A stretch of 64,000 nt of DNA from a virus. This document shows, in pieces, positions 18,172 through 27,790 of the stretch. The first letter of the stretch is position 1; the number at the start of each line of letters is the position of its first letter. The notes under the pieces were generated by a model. That model had not been told where the DNA came from. It did no database searches and worked only from the letters and a program-made list of their open reading frames with translations. The position numbers were made by a program, and so were the translations under genes. Location of the stretch: positions 1 through 64,000 of the IMG/VR virus record IMGVR_UViG_3300021961_008712; one strand, given 5' to 3'.

Positions 18172-20493
18172 ATGACATATAAAGAGATTAAAGAGAAACT
18201 CACACAATGTGAGATGTCGCTAAAGAAGATCAGATTAGCTTCTGACCAGCTACCTAAGTCTACTACTAAAACAGTTCAAGTAGAAAAGGCAGTTAAAACA
18301 CTCAACGAACAGATATCAAAATATAAAAAGATGCTTAAAGAAGCTGAAAAAACATACCTTATTACACCTAAAGGCGGTAAACCAACTGCTGCATCTATGT
18401 CAGATGATGAAGTAGAAGGATTAAAAGATGCTGATGATGTAGATTCAATTAAAGGTGTTGATGGACAACAAATCAAAGAACAACTTAATTTTGATCTAGA
18501 ACAAACAAAACTCATTGCTAAAAAAGTAGGTGAAGCAGTCTATAAAGGACTTAAGTCATTAGGTGACGAAGTCAAGACTATGAAAGCTACTAATATTGAA
18601 GACAGCTCTTTTGAAATACAGGTACAATATAAAGGAGGAGATGTTAATCTAGATGAATTTAGTTTCTACCTTAATGGAGATAAATTAGTATTAATTGATT
18701 TTTCTTTTAAAAAAGAAGTAGGTGAAATAGGACAAAAACCTTCGGGTGAACCAATAGTACAGGTAGACGTTCTTGCTGATGCTTTAGCTAAGCATTGGAG
18801 TTCACTAACAAAAGAAGGAATGTCAGATCAAGAATACGCTGATGCTAAAGAAGCAGATAGATTAGAGAAGCATCCTGAAAAAGATAAAATCAAAGCTGTA
18901 CAAGCTATGATGCAAAAAGAAAAAGGAGTTAATGAAGCTCCTAAGGGAATGTTCTATATTGAAGTATCTATAAGAGATGCTAGAAAAGCATTAGCTATCA
19001 TGGATGATCAATACAGGAAGGACTTTGAAATGAACGGTTCTAACGTATATTATTTTAAAGATGAACAATTAGCCTACGACGCTATGATGGACCTTGGAGC
19101 TCATGGGATAGAAGTAGTAGATACAAACGTAGAGGAAGATAATTTAGAAGAGTATAAATCAGACTACGCAAAACGTAGAGCAGCTGAAAGAGATTACCAG
19201 CCTTCTAAAAGAGACGTTCCTCCAAAAAAATATAAAGAGCCTTCTAATGATTACTTTGCTCGTAGAAAAGCTGAAATGGACGAAGGAGAAGAAAGCTACC
19301 ACTTACACGGAAGACCGGTACAGGTAAATAAAGGAGCAAAAAGCGATGGTACTGATTGGACAGTAACATTCCTTACAGATACCAGTATGGCTAAAAAAGG
19401 TAAAACAGTACCTTTACATGCTGTACTTGCACTCATCGAACCTAAACCAGCAGTTACTAAAGAATCTGATTACAATGAAGTTCAAGCAACTAGTGTAGCA
19501 GACGTCATTGATCCAGCTGATTATATAGTAATAGCTCAAAACTATTTAAACGGAATGAATGCTTCCCAAGCATACCCTATTTCTTTTAATTTAAGTATGG
19601 ACCAACTAGAAGAGTTAGGGCGTAAAATAGTTAAGCAACTATATAAAGGAGATTTCAAAGCTGCAATGGCTAAACACGGAGGTACGAATGTGAGTGAAAC
19701 GGAAGTAGACACAGACGGAGGAGACTTAGATGTAGGACATCAAGATGATGAACCAAACATGCTTAAAAAAGACCTTTATGATGTTATTACTTATGCTGCT
19801 AAACTTTATAAGCAGCTAGATAAATACGACCAGCATGACGGTGAAGTAGATTTTCCTCACTGGTGGCAGAAAAAAGTAACTCTTGCTAGAGAGTATATGT
19901 CTGCAGCACAGCATTATCTAGAAGGAGAAGAAAAACAACCTGCTATCGATCAATTAGCTTTAGAAGAAGGAGTAAACGAAGGTACTGAACTATATGCTAG
20001 AAACGGTATCTATATTAAAAGATTTTCTGGTGGAGAAAAAGGAGTAATGGTTCAAATTACTATCGGTGACAAATATATTGTTGTACCTGCTGAAGAATAT
20101 CCTTTCTTAGTTAGAGCTATGCAATCAGTCCAAGATGACTTAAAAGATATGTCTAGACAATTACCTAGAGGTAAAAACATAGATGAAGCATCACTTGCTA
20201 AAATTCAAAAAGCACACGGATTAGTAGTTGCTAAAATGAAAGACTTAGCTAAAGTATATAAATCAGGAGACCATTCAGTAATTGATCAACTAAGAGATTT
20301 GACTGCACAAAAAAAGAAACTAGAACACAGTTTGGAAAAAGCAGTAGGTAATTTCGGGGCAGGTCAAAACATTGACGGATTTGACGGTAATAGTGATCTA
20401 GACGAAAATCAAGAGCAAGTAAAAGAAGAAAAAGCTACATATTGCGGTGCTTGTGGTAAGACACATAAAAAATCTCAATCTTGCCCAAAATAA
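18172..20493 (+). CDS. Large modular hypothetical protein (putative head-packaged polyprotein) with terminal Zn knuckle
   Basis: Many [LIV]xE junctions; C-terminal CGACGKTH...C; ATG at 18172 preferred to TTG at 18163. Confidence 0.6.
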   Translation: MTYKEIKEKLTQCEMSLKKIRLASDQLPKSTTKTVQVEKAVKTLNEQISKYKKMLKEAEKTYLITPKGGKPTAASMSDDEVEGLKDADDVDSIKGVDGQQIKEQLNFDLEQTKLIAKKVGEAVYKGLKSLGDEVKTMKATNIEDSSFEIQVQYKGGDVNLDEFSFYLNGDKLVLIDFSFKKEVGEIGQKPSGEPIVQVDVLADALAKHWSSLTKEGMSDQEYADAKEADRLEKHPEKDKIKAVQAMMQKEKGVNEAPKGMFYIEVSIRDARKALAIMDDQYRKDFEMNGSNVYYFKDEQLAYDAMMDLGAHGIEVVDTNVEEDNLEEYKSDYAKRRAAERDYQPSKRDVPPKKYKEPSNDYFARRKAEMDEGEESYHLHGRPVQVNKGAKSDGTDWTVTFLTDTSMAKKGKTVPLHAVLALIEPKPAVTKESDYNEVQATSVADVIDPADYIVIAQNYLNGMNASQAYPISFNLSMDQLEELGRKIVKQLYKGDFKAAMAKHGGTNVSETEVDTDGGDLDVGHQDDEPNMLKKDLYDVITYAAKLYKQLDKYDQHDGEVDFPHWWQKKVTLAREYMSAAQHYLEGEEKQPAIDQLALEEGVNEGTELYARNGIYIKRFSGGEKGVMVQITIGDKYIVVPAEEYPFLVRAMQSVQDDLKDMSRQLPRGKNIDEASLAKIQKAHGLVVAKMKDLAKVYKSGDHSVIDQLRDLTAQKKKLEHSLEKAVGNFGAGQNIDGFDGNSDLDENQEQVKEEKATYCGACGKTHKKSQSCPK

Positions 20494-20499
20494 AACATT

Positions 20500-22053
20500 A
20501 TGCATAAGTTAGAAAAAATCATATTAGAACAATTAGGTGCCTATCTTCGAGAAAAAGAAGAAGACACCGATCATATGGGTTCTAAAAGAGACAATACTAC
20601 CCGTGTAGATAATTTGTCTCCTTCAATGAAGAAGACTATTGAAGATAGATATGGTAGGGGAGTAGAGCCTAAGTTTGACTTTATTAGTTCTGACGGTACT
20701 ACCTATTTTAAAACTTCTAAAGTAAATAGGGAAACCGGATCAGTAGCACACGAAATAGTTAGAATGCCCTCTTTCGATGCGCTATACTTTAATTTTTCTG
20801 ACATTATAGAGGACCTAAAAACTCTAATGAGATCAGATGACGTTAGAAAAGATCTAGCGGCTAGAGAACTATTTGATTTAATAAAAACTAACTTTAGAAA
20901 ATTACAGCGTTACTTACGTACAGAAAGACCTGAACAGTACTTACTGTTAAAAATGAGAAGAAGCTTAAGTGAGAATATTTGGGAATTAAAAGACCTAGAA
21001 GAAGCTATAAAATCAGGTACACCCTCGAAACGTAAAAAAGATTACCCAGATCAAGATGAGGTTTATAACGTACTTAGAAAAATTGGACAAGACTCTCATT
21101 ATTTAAATCAAAAAGATGTAGATAATTGGGATGCATACGATTTAAGTAACTGGCATTCTATAGTAAAACAAGCAAAAAAATCTCTTAGAGAGGATTGGGG
21201 ATCATCAGATCAATATGCTATGAATCAAGCTATTCATAGAGATTTAGGCAATCCTAAAAAAATGCCTTCTCCTTTCTCTCATGAATTTGAAAGTGCTGTT
21301 GAAGATGCAGTAGATTTCTACTGGGACGATTGGGAAGAATATCAAACTCGTCAAGGAAGAGAAAGTTTAGTACAACAAGCTAAAAGATCATACCTTAGAG
21401 CATTCTTTGGAGAAGATTTTTCAAAAATGATGCAAATGTTCTCTGAAGGTAAAATTAGAGAAGCCTTATGGCAAGATATTGAAGAAGCAGAAGCAGATGA
21501 ACCACAACCAGAGCAAGAACCAGATCCAAAAGCTGGTCCAGAAACAGTATTAGAAGATGCTACTGATGAAATACTAGGGAAGTTCCCAACTTTAAAAAAA
21601 GCAATTATTAAGCTTCAAACAGATCAGTTTAAAGAGTTCGTAGACAGTATAGATTGGATTTCTCCTAGACCATCGTCATTCAGGGTGAACATTAAAAACG
21701 GACAATACTATATACTTAAGTGGACTGGAACTGGCTGGGAGGCTCAAATACAAGGTAAACGTTACTATATTGATAAAATAGACGAATACCAACAAGCTTT
21801 AGATAAATTGGCGAGACTTTATCAAGAAGGCCCGATGAGCGGGGCTGGAGAAGGAGACGCCGCTGAACCATCTGATACCGGAAGCGGTGGAGGAGGTGGC
21901 GGTGACTTCCCTGGTGAAGAGGGAGGCGCTGAAGGCGGAGAAGACCTTGGAGGCGAAGAAGGAGCACCAGAAGCTGGTGGTGAAGAAGGCGGAGCTGACT
22001 TAGGCGGAGAACCAATTGATTTTGAAGAACCAGGAGAAGAACCTGAAGCATAA
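20500..22053 (+). CDS. Modular hypothetical protein with acidic Gly/Glu tail
   Basis: MHKLEKIILE leader; GGE-rich C-terminus. Confidence 0.6.
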   Translation: MHKLEKIILEQLGAYLREKEEDTDHMGSKRDNTTRVDNLSPSMKKTIEDRYGRGVEPKFDFISSDGTTYFKTSKVNRETGSVAHEIVRMPSFDALYFNFSDIIEDLKTLMRSDDVRKDLAARELFDLIKTNFRKLQRYLRTERPEQYLLLKMRRSLSENIWELKDLEEAIKSGTPSKRKKDYPDQDEVYNVLRKIGQDSHYLNQKDVDNWDAYDLSNWHSIVKQAKKSLREDWGSSDQYAMNQAIHRDLGNPKKMPSPFSHEFESAVEDAVDFYWDDWEEYQTRQGRESLVQQAKRSYLRAFFGEDFSKMMQMFSEGKIREALWQDIEEAEADEPQPEQEPDPKAGPETVLEDATDEILGKFPTLKKAIIKLQTDQFKEFVDSIDWISPRPSSFRVNIKNGQYYILKWTGTGWEAQIQGKRYYIDKIDEYQQALDKLARLYQEGPMSGAGEGDAAEPSDTGSGGGGGGDFPGEEGGAEGGEDLGGEEGAPEAGGEEGGADLGGEPIDFEEPGEEPEA

Positions 22054-23222
22054 TGAACCTTATTGATAAAGCTATACTTGAATGGTCATTTAGAACCAAA
22101 AAAGGATACCCTGATCTGAACAATGAAACAGATTTAAGGGTATTTGAGTCTATATTTGGCTTTACTCTTAGTGAGGGACTCAAAGAAAAAAATGCAATCA
22201 AAAAAATTATTGATGCTAACCCAGGTAAGTTTGACACAATGTCAAATGATTTTAGGATAGCTAATACTGCCAAAGTATCTTCAGATGAATTTGTCGATGC
22301 TATAAAATCTACCTATGGGGCTGAAGTTGAAGTAGAAGTAACACCTCCAAAATCCGGTTCTAATAAGAGCAGTAAATTTAACATGTATACTTTCGACGAT
22401 GACGGTAATAATGTTAGTATTTATTTAGCTGGAGGAGCATCTGCTAATCAAGGTGTAAACTACGAATTACAAATTGCACAAGATTTACAAAACTACAATC
22501 AAGGTAGTGATGAATACGTACATAAAGAAGTAGTAGAAGAGATAATTAAAACATTCAACCTAAAACCAGGTAAGTTCGAAATTATAGAAGAAGGATCTAA
22601 AAACCAGAAAAGACCTTTAGAGTTTACAGAGAACGGACCTATAATTGCTCACTCTGGAGAAAGTGTTGCAGCTACACTAACTGATCTTACAATTAAAACA
22701 GAAGGTAAGACATACTTTCTCTCTCTTAAGTACGGCAGTACATTAACATTCTTTAACGCTGGAGTAGCAGTAAGTACCTTTCCAGCAAAAGAAATTGAAC
22801 AAGGTAGAGTAACAAATCCTGCTGGTGTTTCTTTATTAGAAATGCTTGGAATAGATAACGAAATATTCTGTAGAGTATTTAACGAATATGGACAGACAGA
22901 TTTTAAACAATACCACACCTCCTCAGATAACTTTGATAGGGAAAAGCTATTCAACTTAGTTCATTCTGGAATTGGTAGTGGATATTGGATGTTAAAAGGT
23001 TCTGGTAAAGGCTCTACTTTTTATGAAATTACTGAAGAGTATGCTAGAAAAGCAGCGACTCCTATCGGAGGTATTAATATTCAATATGGCGGCGCAGACG
23101 GCAAAGGAAAAAGAGTAGATATTCATTTTGAATCTTCAGAATATAGTTTTAAAATGAACATAAGAAATAAGCAAGGTGGCTTATATCCTTCGCACATAAT
23201 GTGTGATTATAAAAGAAAATAA
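22053..23222 (+). CDS. PD-(D/E)xK restriction-endonuclease-like protein
   Basis: GVNYE...TLTDLTI...YFLSLK catalytic pattern. Confidence 0.55.
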   Translation: MNLIDKAILEWSFRTKKGYPDLNNETDLRVFESIFGFTLSEGLKEKNAIKKIIDANPGKFDTMSNDFRIANTAKVSSDEFVDAIKSTYGAEVEVEVTPPKSGSNKSSKFNMYTFDDDGNNVSIYLAGGASANQGVNYELQIAQDLQNYNQGSDEYVHKEVVEEIIKTFNLKPGKFEIIEEGSKNQKRPLEFTENGPIIAHSGESVAATLTDLTIKTEGKTYFLSLKYGSTLTFFNAGVAVSTFPAKEIEQGRVTNPAGVSLLEMLGIDNEIFCRVFNEYGQTDFKQYHTSSDNFDREKLFNLVHSGIGSGYWMLKGSGKGSTFYEITEEYARKAATPIGGINIQYGGADGKGKRVDIHFESSEYSFKMNIRNKQGGLYPSHIMCDYKRK

Positions 23223-23225
23223 GTT

Positions 23226-24803
23226 ATGTCACAGACAGAGATTAAAAAAGTAATAGCAGCAGAATACATAAAGTGTGCTAAAGATCCGGCCTACTTTATG
23301 AAAAAGTACTGTCATATACAGCACCCTACTAGAGGACGTATTCTGTTTAATCTATACCCATTTCAAGAAAAGGTATTACATTTATTTAGAGATAATCAAT
23401 ACATCATTACACTTAAGTCTAGACAGCTAGGTATTTCAACTCTAGCTGCTGCTTATAGTTTATGGTTAATGTTATTTCATAAAGATAAAAACGTATTAGC
23501 ATTAGCAACTACCCAAGCTACTGCTCGTAACTTAGTTACTAAAGTAATCTTTATGTACGATGAGCTACCAAAGTGGTTAAAGTTACCGGCGGTAGAAAAG
23601 AACAAATTATCTCTACGTTTAACAAACGGATCAAAAGTACAAGCTAAATCATCATCACCAGATGCTGCACGTTCAGAAGCGGTATCGTTACTACTAATGG
23701 ATGAGGCTGCTTTTATTGAAAACGTAGATGAAACCTTTACTGCTGCTCAACAAACGTTAGCGACGGGTGGACAATGTATGGCACTGTCTACTCCTAATGG
23801 AGTTGGTAACTGGTTTCACCAGACATGGGAAAGAGCAGAAACAGGAGAGAATTCTTTTGTACCTGTAAGGTTACCTTGGACTGTTCACCCTGAAAGAAAC
23901 CAATCTTGGAGAGATCAGCAAGATGCTGATTTAGGTCCTAGAATGGCCGGTCAGGAATGTGATTGTGATTTCTTAGCTTCTGGGGATACCGTATTTGAAC
24001 CAGAAGATATGGCCTTCTTTGAAGAAACATACCAGAGAGATCCTCTTGAAAGAAGAGGTATTGACGGTAACTTATGGGTATGGGAAGGAGTTGATTATAC
24101 TAAATCTTATATGGTTGTAGCTGACGTTGCTCGAGGTGACGGACAAGATTATTCTGCATTTCATATATTTGATGTAGAAACAGCAACACAAGTAGCAGAG
24201 TATAAAGGAAAAATATCTCCTAAAGACTTTGGAAATATGCTTGTCGGGATCGCATCAGAATATAATGAAGCATTACTAGTTTGTGAGAATGCTAATATTG
24301 GTTGGGCTACTATAGAACAGATATTAGAAAGGGAATATAGAAATTTATTCTATAGTGCTACTAATAATATGGAGACAGTAGAGTCTTATATGCATAAGTA
24401 TGAACGAGATAAGTTAGTACCGGGTTTCACCATGTCTGCACGTACCAGACCGTTAGTAATTGCTAAAATGATAGAGTATATAAGAGACCGCTCTGTTACC
24501 ATTCAATCTAAAAGGTTAATGAGTGAAATGAGAGTATTTATATGGAAGAACGGAAAGGCTCAAGCACAAGATAGGTATAATGATGACCTTTTAATATCAT
24601 GTGCTACTGCTTTATACGTTAGAGATACTGCACTTAGACTACGTCAGCAAGGTGTAGATTTAGCTAGAGCACAACTATCTTCTTTCTCTAATTTAAACGC
24701 TAGAAACCAATCTGTTATGAGTTCAGTTGGTTATATGCAAAACAATCCGTATATTATAAGTAATGGGCAAGTCGAAGAAGATATTCGCTGGCTTTTAAAA
24801 TAG
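23226..24803 (+). CDS. terL: Terminase large subunit (T4 gp17-like)
   Basis: LYPFQ, LKSRQLGIST, LLLMDEAAF, LSTPNG, ADVARG, YNDDL. Confidence 0.95.
   Translation: MSQTEIKKVIAAEYIKCAKDPAYFMKKYCHIQHPTRGRILFNLYPFQEKVLHLFRDNQYIITLKSRQLGISTLAAAYSLWLMLFHKDKNVLALATTQATARNLVTKVIFMYDELPKWLKLPAVEKNKLSLRLTNGSKVQAKSSSPDAARSEAVSLLLMDEAAFIENVDETFTAAQQTLATGGQCMALSTPNGVGNWFHQTWERAETGENSFVPVRLPWTVHPERNQSWRDQQDADLGPRMAGQECDCDFLASGDTVFEPEDMAFFEETYQRDPLERRGIDGNLWVWEGVDYTKSYMVVADVARGDGQDYSAFHIFDVETATQVAEYKGKISPKDFGNMLVGIASEYNEALLVCENANIGWATIEQILEREYRNLFYSATNNMETVESYMHKYERDKLVPGFTMSARTRPLVIAKMIEYIRDRSVTIQSKRLMSEMRVFIWKNGKAQAQDRYNDDLLISCATALYVRDTALRLRQQGVDLARAQLSSFSNLNARNQSVMSSVGYMQNNPYIISNGQVEEDIRWLLK
24727..24756 (+). 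promoter_or_regulatory. TTG-N20-TATATTA promoter upstream of portal
   Basis: ttggttatatgcaaaacaatccgtatatta. Confidence 0.45.
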
Positions 24804-24805
24804 AC

Positions 24806-24813
24806 TATTTATA
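24806..24813 (+). promoter_or_regulatory. TATTTATA putative late promoter (portal)
   Basis: Recurrent intergenic octamer. Confidence 0.65.
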
Positions 24814-24828
24814 TAAAAATATATTCGA

Positions 24829-26724
24829 ATGGCCGATCGATCATTATTTGGGAGACTACAAAGACTCTTTTCTTCAGACGTAGTAATTAGAAACGTAGGA
24901 GGAAATCAGTTAAAAGTTTCCGACGTAAACAATATACAGACCACAGGTAGGTATCAAACCAATTCATTGATGGATAGGTTTACGCGTCTATATACCTACA
25001 ATAAAGCAAACATCTTTAATCCAAACCTTAACTACCAAACGTTAAGAATACAGCTTTATTCTGATTACGAAGCTATGGATAGTGATCCAATTATAGCCTC
25101 TGCATTGGATATTATTGCTGATGAAGCTACGGTAAAGAATGACCAAGGAGAAGTACTAGGAATTAAATCATCAGACGAAAATATTCAACGAGTACTTTAC
25201 AATTTATTTTACGATGTACTGAACATTGAGTTTAACTTATGGTCATGGACTAGACAAATGTGTAAGTACGGAGACTTCTTTTTAAAGTTAGAAATAGCAG
25301 AGAAGTTTGGTGTTTATAATGTTCTACCTTATACTGTTTACCATATAGCTAGACTAGAAGGACATGATCCTGATAATCCTGCTAAAGTAGAATTCGAATT
25401 AGATCCTGACGGTATTGCGGCTTCTACAGATACAAACTATCTACCTAATAGAAAGCAATCTAGAAAAATACAGATAGATAATTATGAAATGGCTCACTTC
25501 AGATTAATTTCTGATGTTCATTATCTACCCTATGGACGTTCTTATTTAGAGCCAGCAAGAAAAATATTTAAGCAAACAACATTAATGGAAGATGCGATGT
25601 TAATTCACCGTATCATGAGAGCTCCTGAAAAGAGAATGTTCTATATTAATGTTGGTTCAATTCCTCCAAACGAAGTTGATCAGTTTATGCAAAAAACTAT
25701 CAACCAAATGAAGAAGACTCCTTATGTTGATCCTCAAACAGGTCAATATAACTTGAAGTTTAATATGCAGAATATGATGGAAGATTTCTACCTTCCTGTT
25801 CGTGGAGGAGATACTTCTACCCGTATTGAAACTACAAAAGGATTAGAGTACGACGGTACTACTGACGTTCAATACTTACAAGCTAAGTTATTTGCTGCTC
25901 TTAAAATTCCTAAAGCATATTTCGGCTATGAAGGAGATCTTTCAGGTAAAGCAACACTAGCAGCAGAGGATATTAGATTTGCTAGAACTGTAGAAAGAAT
26001 ACAAAAAATATTAGAATCAGAGTTAACTAAAATTGCTCTGGTGCATTTATATACACAAGGTTTTCAAGGAGAAAGCTTAACTAATTTTGAGATTAAGTTA
26101 ACTACTCCATCTATTATATTTGAACAAGAGAAAGTAGCTTTATTGAAAGAAAAAATCGATTTAGCTACACAAATGCAAGATTCTAAATTATTCTCATCAG
26201 ATTATATCTACGAAAATATATTTGACCTTTCAGAAGATACTTACATGGAAATGAGAGATCTTATGATTGAAGATGAGAAACGTAGGTTCAGAAGAGCACA
26301 GATTGAAGGAGAAGGAAATGATCCTGCATTATCTGGAGTAACTTACGGTACACCTCACGATTTAGCTTCTATGTATGGTAGAAGAGCTACTTCAACTCCT
26401 AAAGGTGGAGAACCAGGTTCAGTACCTAAAGGATACGAAGAGATACCTGAATGGGGAGAGCCAGGACCAGAAGGTGGAAGACCAAGAGAAAAGGCTTCTG
26501 TATATGGAACTACTGCAAACCCTGTAGGAGGACGTGATCCTCTAGGACAGCATGGTATGAAAGGTGGTTTCCCAAGCGATGCTGATAATGTAAATGAAGC
26601 TAAAGCTCAGCTAGTATACAAACAAAATGAAGATACGTTTAAACGCATTGTCTTCAAGGCAGATGATAAATCTGAAGAGAGTAGCTTACTTAATGAGGAG
26701 AACATCAAAGATTTAGGCAAGTAG
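24829..26724 (+). CDS. Portal protein (T4 gp20-like)
   Basis: LMEDAMLIHRIMRAPEKRMFYINVG, EDFYLPVRG, LFAALKIP, EDIRFAR. Confidence 0.95.
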   Translation: MADRSLFGRLQRLFSSDVVIRNVGGNQLKVSDVNNIQTTGRYQTNSLMDRFTRLYTYNKANIFNPNLNYQTLRIQLYSDYEAMDSDPIIASALDIIADEATVKNDQGEVLGIKSSDENIQRVLYNLFYDVLNIEFNLWSWTRQMCKYGDFFLKLEIAEKFGVYNVLPYTVYHIARLEGHDPDNPAKVEFELDPDGIAASTDTNYLPNRKQSRKIQIDNYEMAHFRLISDVHYLPYGRSYLEPARKIFKQTTLMEDAMLIHRIMRAPEKRMFYINVGSIPPNEVDQFMQKTINQMKKTPYVDPQTGQYNLKFNMQNMMEDFYLPVRGGDTSTRIETTKGLEYDGTTDVQYLQAKLFAALKIPKAYFGYEGDLSGKATLAAEDIRFARTVERIQKILESELTKIALVHLYTQGFQGESLTNFEIKLTTPSIIFEQEKVALLKEKIDLATQMQDSKLFSSDYIYENIFDLSEDTYMEMRDLMIEDEKRRFRRAQIEGEGNDPALSGVTYGTPHDLASMYGRRATSTPKGGEPGSVPKGYEEIPEWGEPGPEGGRPREKASVYGTTANPVGGRDPLGQHGMKGGFPSDADNVNEAKAQLVYKQNEDTFKRIVFKADDKSEESSLLNEENIKDLGK

Positions 26725-26728
26725 TGCA

Positions 26729-26736
26729 TATTTATA
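26729..26736 (+). promoter_or_regulatory. TATTTATA putative late promoter
   Basis: Recurrent intergenic octamer. Confidence 0.65.
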
Positions 26737-26752
26737 ATAGTAAACGTGTATA

Positions 26753-27607
26753 ATGAAAATAAAACATTCAAAGTATAGAAATACTGGACTAATATTTGAA
26801 TTATTAGTCAAGCAGATTGCTGCCGATACTTTAAACGGTAGTGATTCTGCCGCAATTTCTATAATCAAAGAATTTTATAGCACTAAGAATGCTTTATCTA
26901 AGGAGTATAAATTATACAACCTTATATTAAAAGCTGAAGGTGTTAATCAAACAAAAGCAGAAGCAATTCTTTCTACTATTACTGAGATATCTAGAAAGCT
27001 AGATCAAGATGTATTAAAGAATCAAAAATATAAACTAATATCTAGAATTAAAGAGAGTTATAATCTTGATGAATTTTTTAGTATTCAAGTTAAAAGTTAT
27101 AAACCTTTAGCTGCTCTTTACTGTTTATTAGAAGCACAAAATAATACTGAATTAGTAGATCCTCAATACTTAATTGAAAATAAAGTAACTATTTTAGAAT
27201 ACTTAACATCTAAGTCTCAAAACCAAGAAGATGTAAAAGATACTTTAATAGAAGAATATTCTAAGTACGATAAAGATTTAAAACTACTAACGTTTAGAAT
27301 ACTACTTGAAAAATTCAATAACAAGTATAAAGACCTACTCCCAGAGCAAAAGAATATATTAAAGGAGTTTATTACCTCTGTCAACTCCAGGACACGTTTA
27401 CGCAATGTAATCAACGAAGAACTTTCTAAGATTGCAAATGAGGTGCAAAAGTTATCGTCAAAGGTCAAAGACCAAGTTGTAAAGATTAAGTTAGATGAAG
27501 TAGCTAAAGCGATAGTACCTTTGAAGAAAACGGAAACTATCACTGATATACATCTGATTAATTTAATGCAGTATTACGACTTAGTGAACGAGTTAAAGAC
27601 TCTGTAA
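26753..27607 (+). CDS. Helical head-module protein (possible prohead core component)
   Basis: Lies between portal and protease; starts KHSKYRNTGLIFELL. Confidence 0.55.
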   Translation: MKIKHSKYRNTGLIFELLVKQIAADTLNGSDSAAISIIKEFYSTKNALSKEYKLYNLILKAEGVNQTKAEAILSTITEISRKLDQDVLKNQKYKLISRIKESYNLDEFFSIQVKSYKPLAALYCLLEAQNNTELVDPQYLIENKVTILEYLTSKSQNQEDVKDTLIEEYSKYDKDLKLLTFRILLEKFNNKYKDLLPEQKNILKEFITSVNSRTRLRNVINEELSKIANEVQKLSSKVKDQVVKIKLDEVAKAIVPLKKTETITDIHLINLMQYYDLVNELKTL

Positions 27608-27783
27608 TGAAAAGATCAGAGATTATTTCGTTAATAAGAGAAGTAATGCGAGAATTAGAAGAAGCTAATACTTCTGGAGGCGTAGGTGCATACCTTACGC
27701 CAAATGCATTTAGTAAAAGACCTTCTAAAAGAGCTACTAAAGTACTGACTAAACAAGGATACAAAAAGACAAAAGATATTTAG
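27607..27783 (+). CDS. Small protein (58 aa, absent from the ORF track)
   Basis: TAATG coupling; MKRSEIISLIREVMRELEE|ANTSGGVGAYLTPNAFSK... Confidence 0.7.
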   Translation: MKRSEIISLIREVMRELEEANTSGGVGAYLTPNAFSKRPSKRATKVLTKQGYKKTKDI

Positions 27784-27790
27784 TTAAAAT

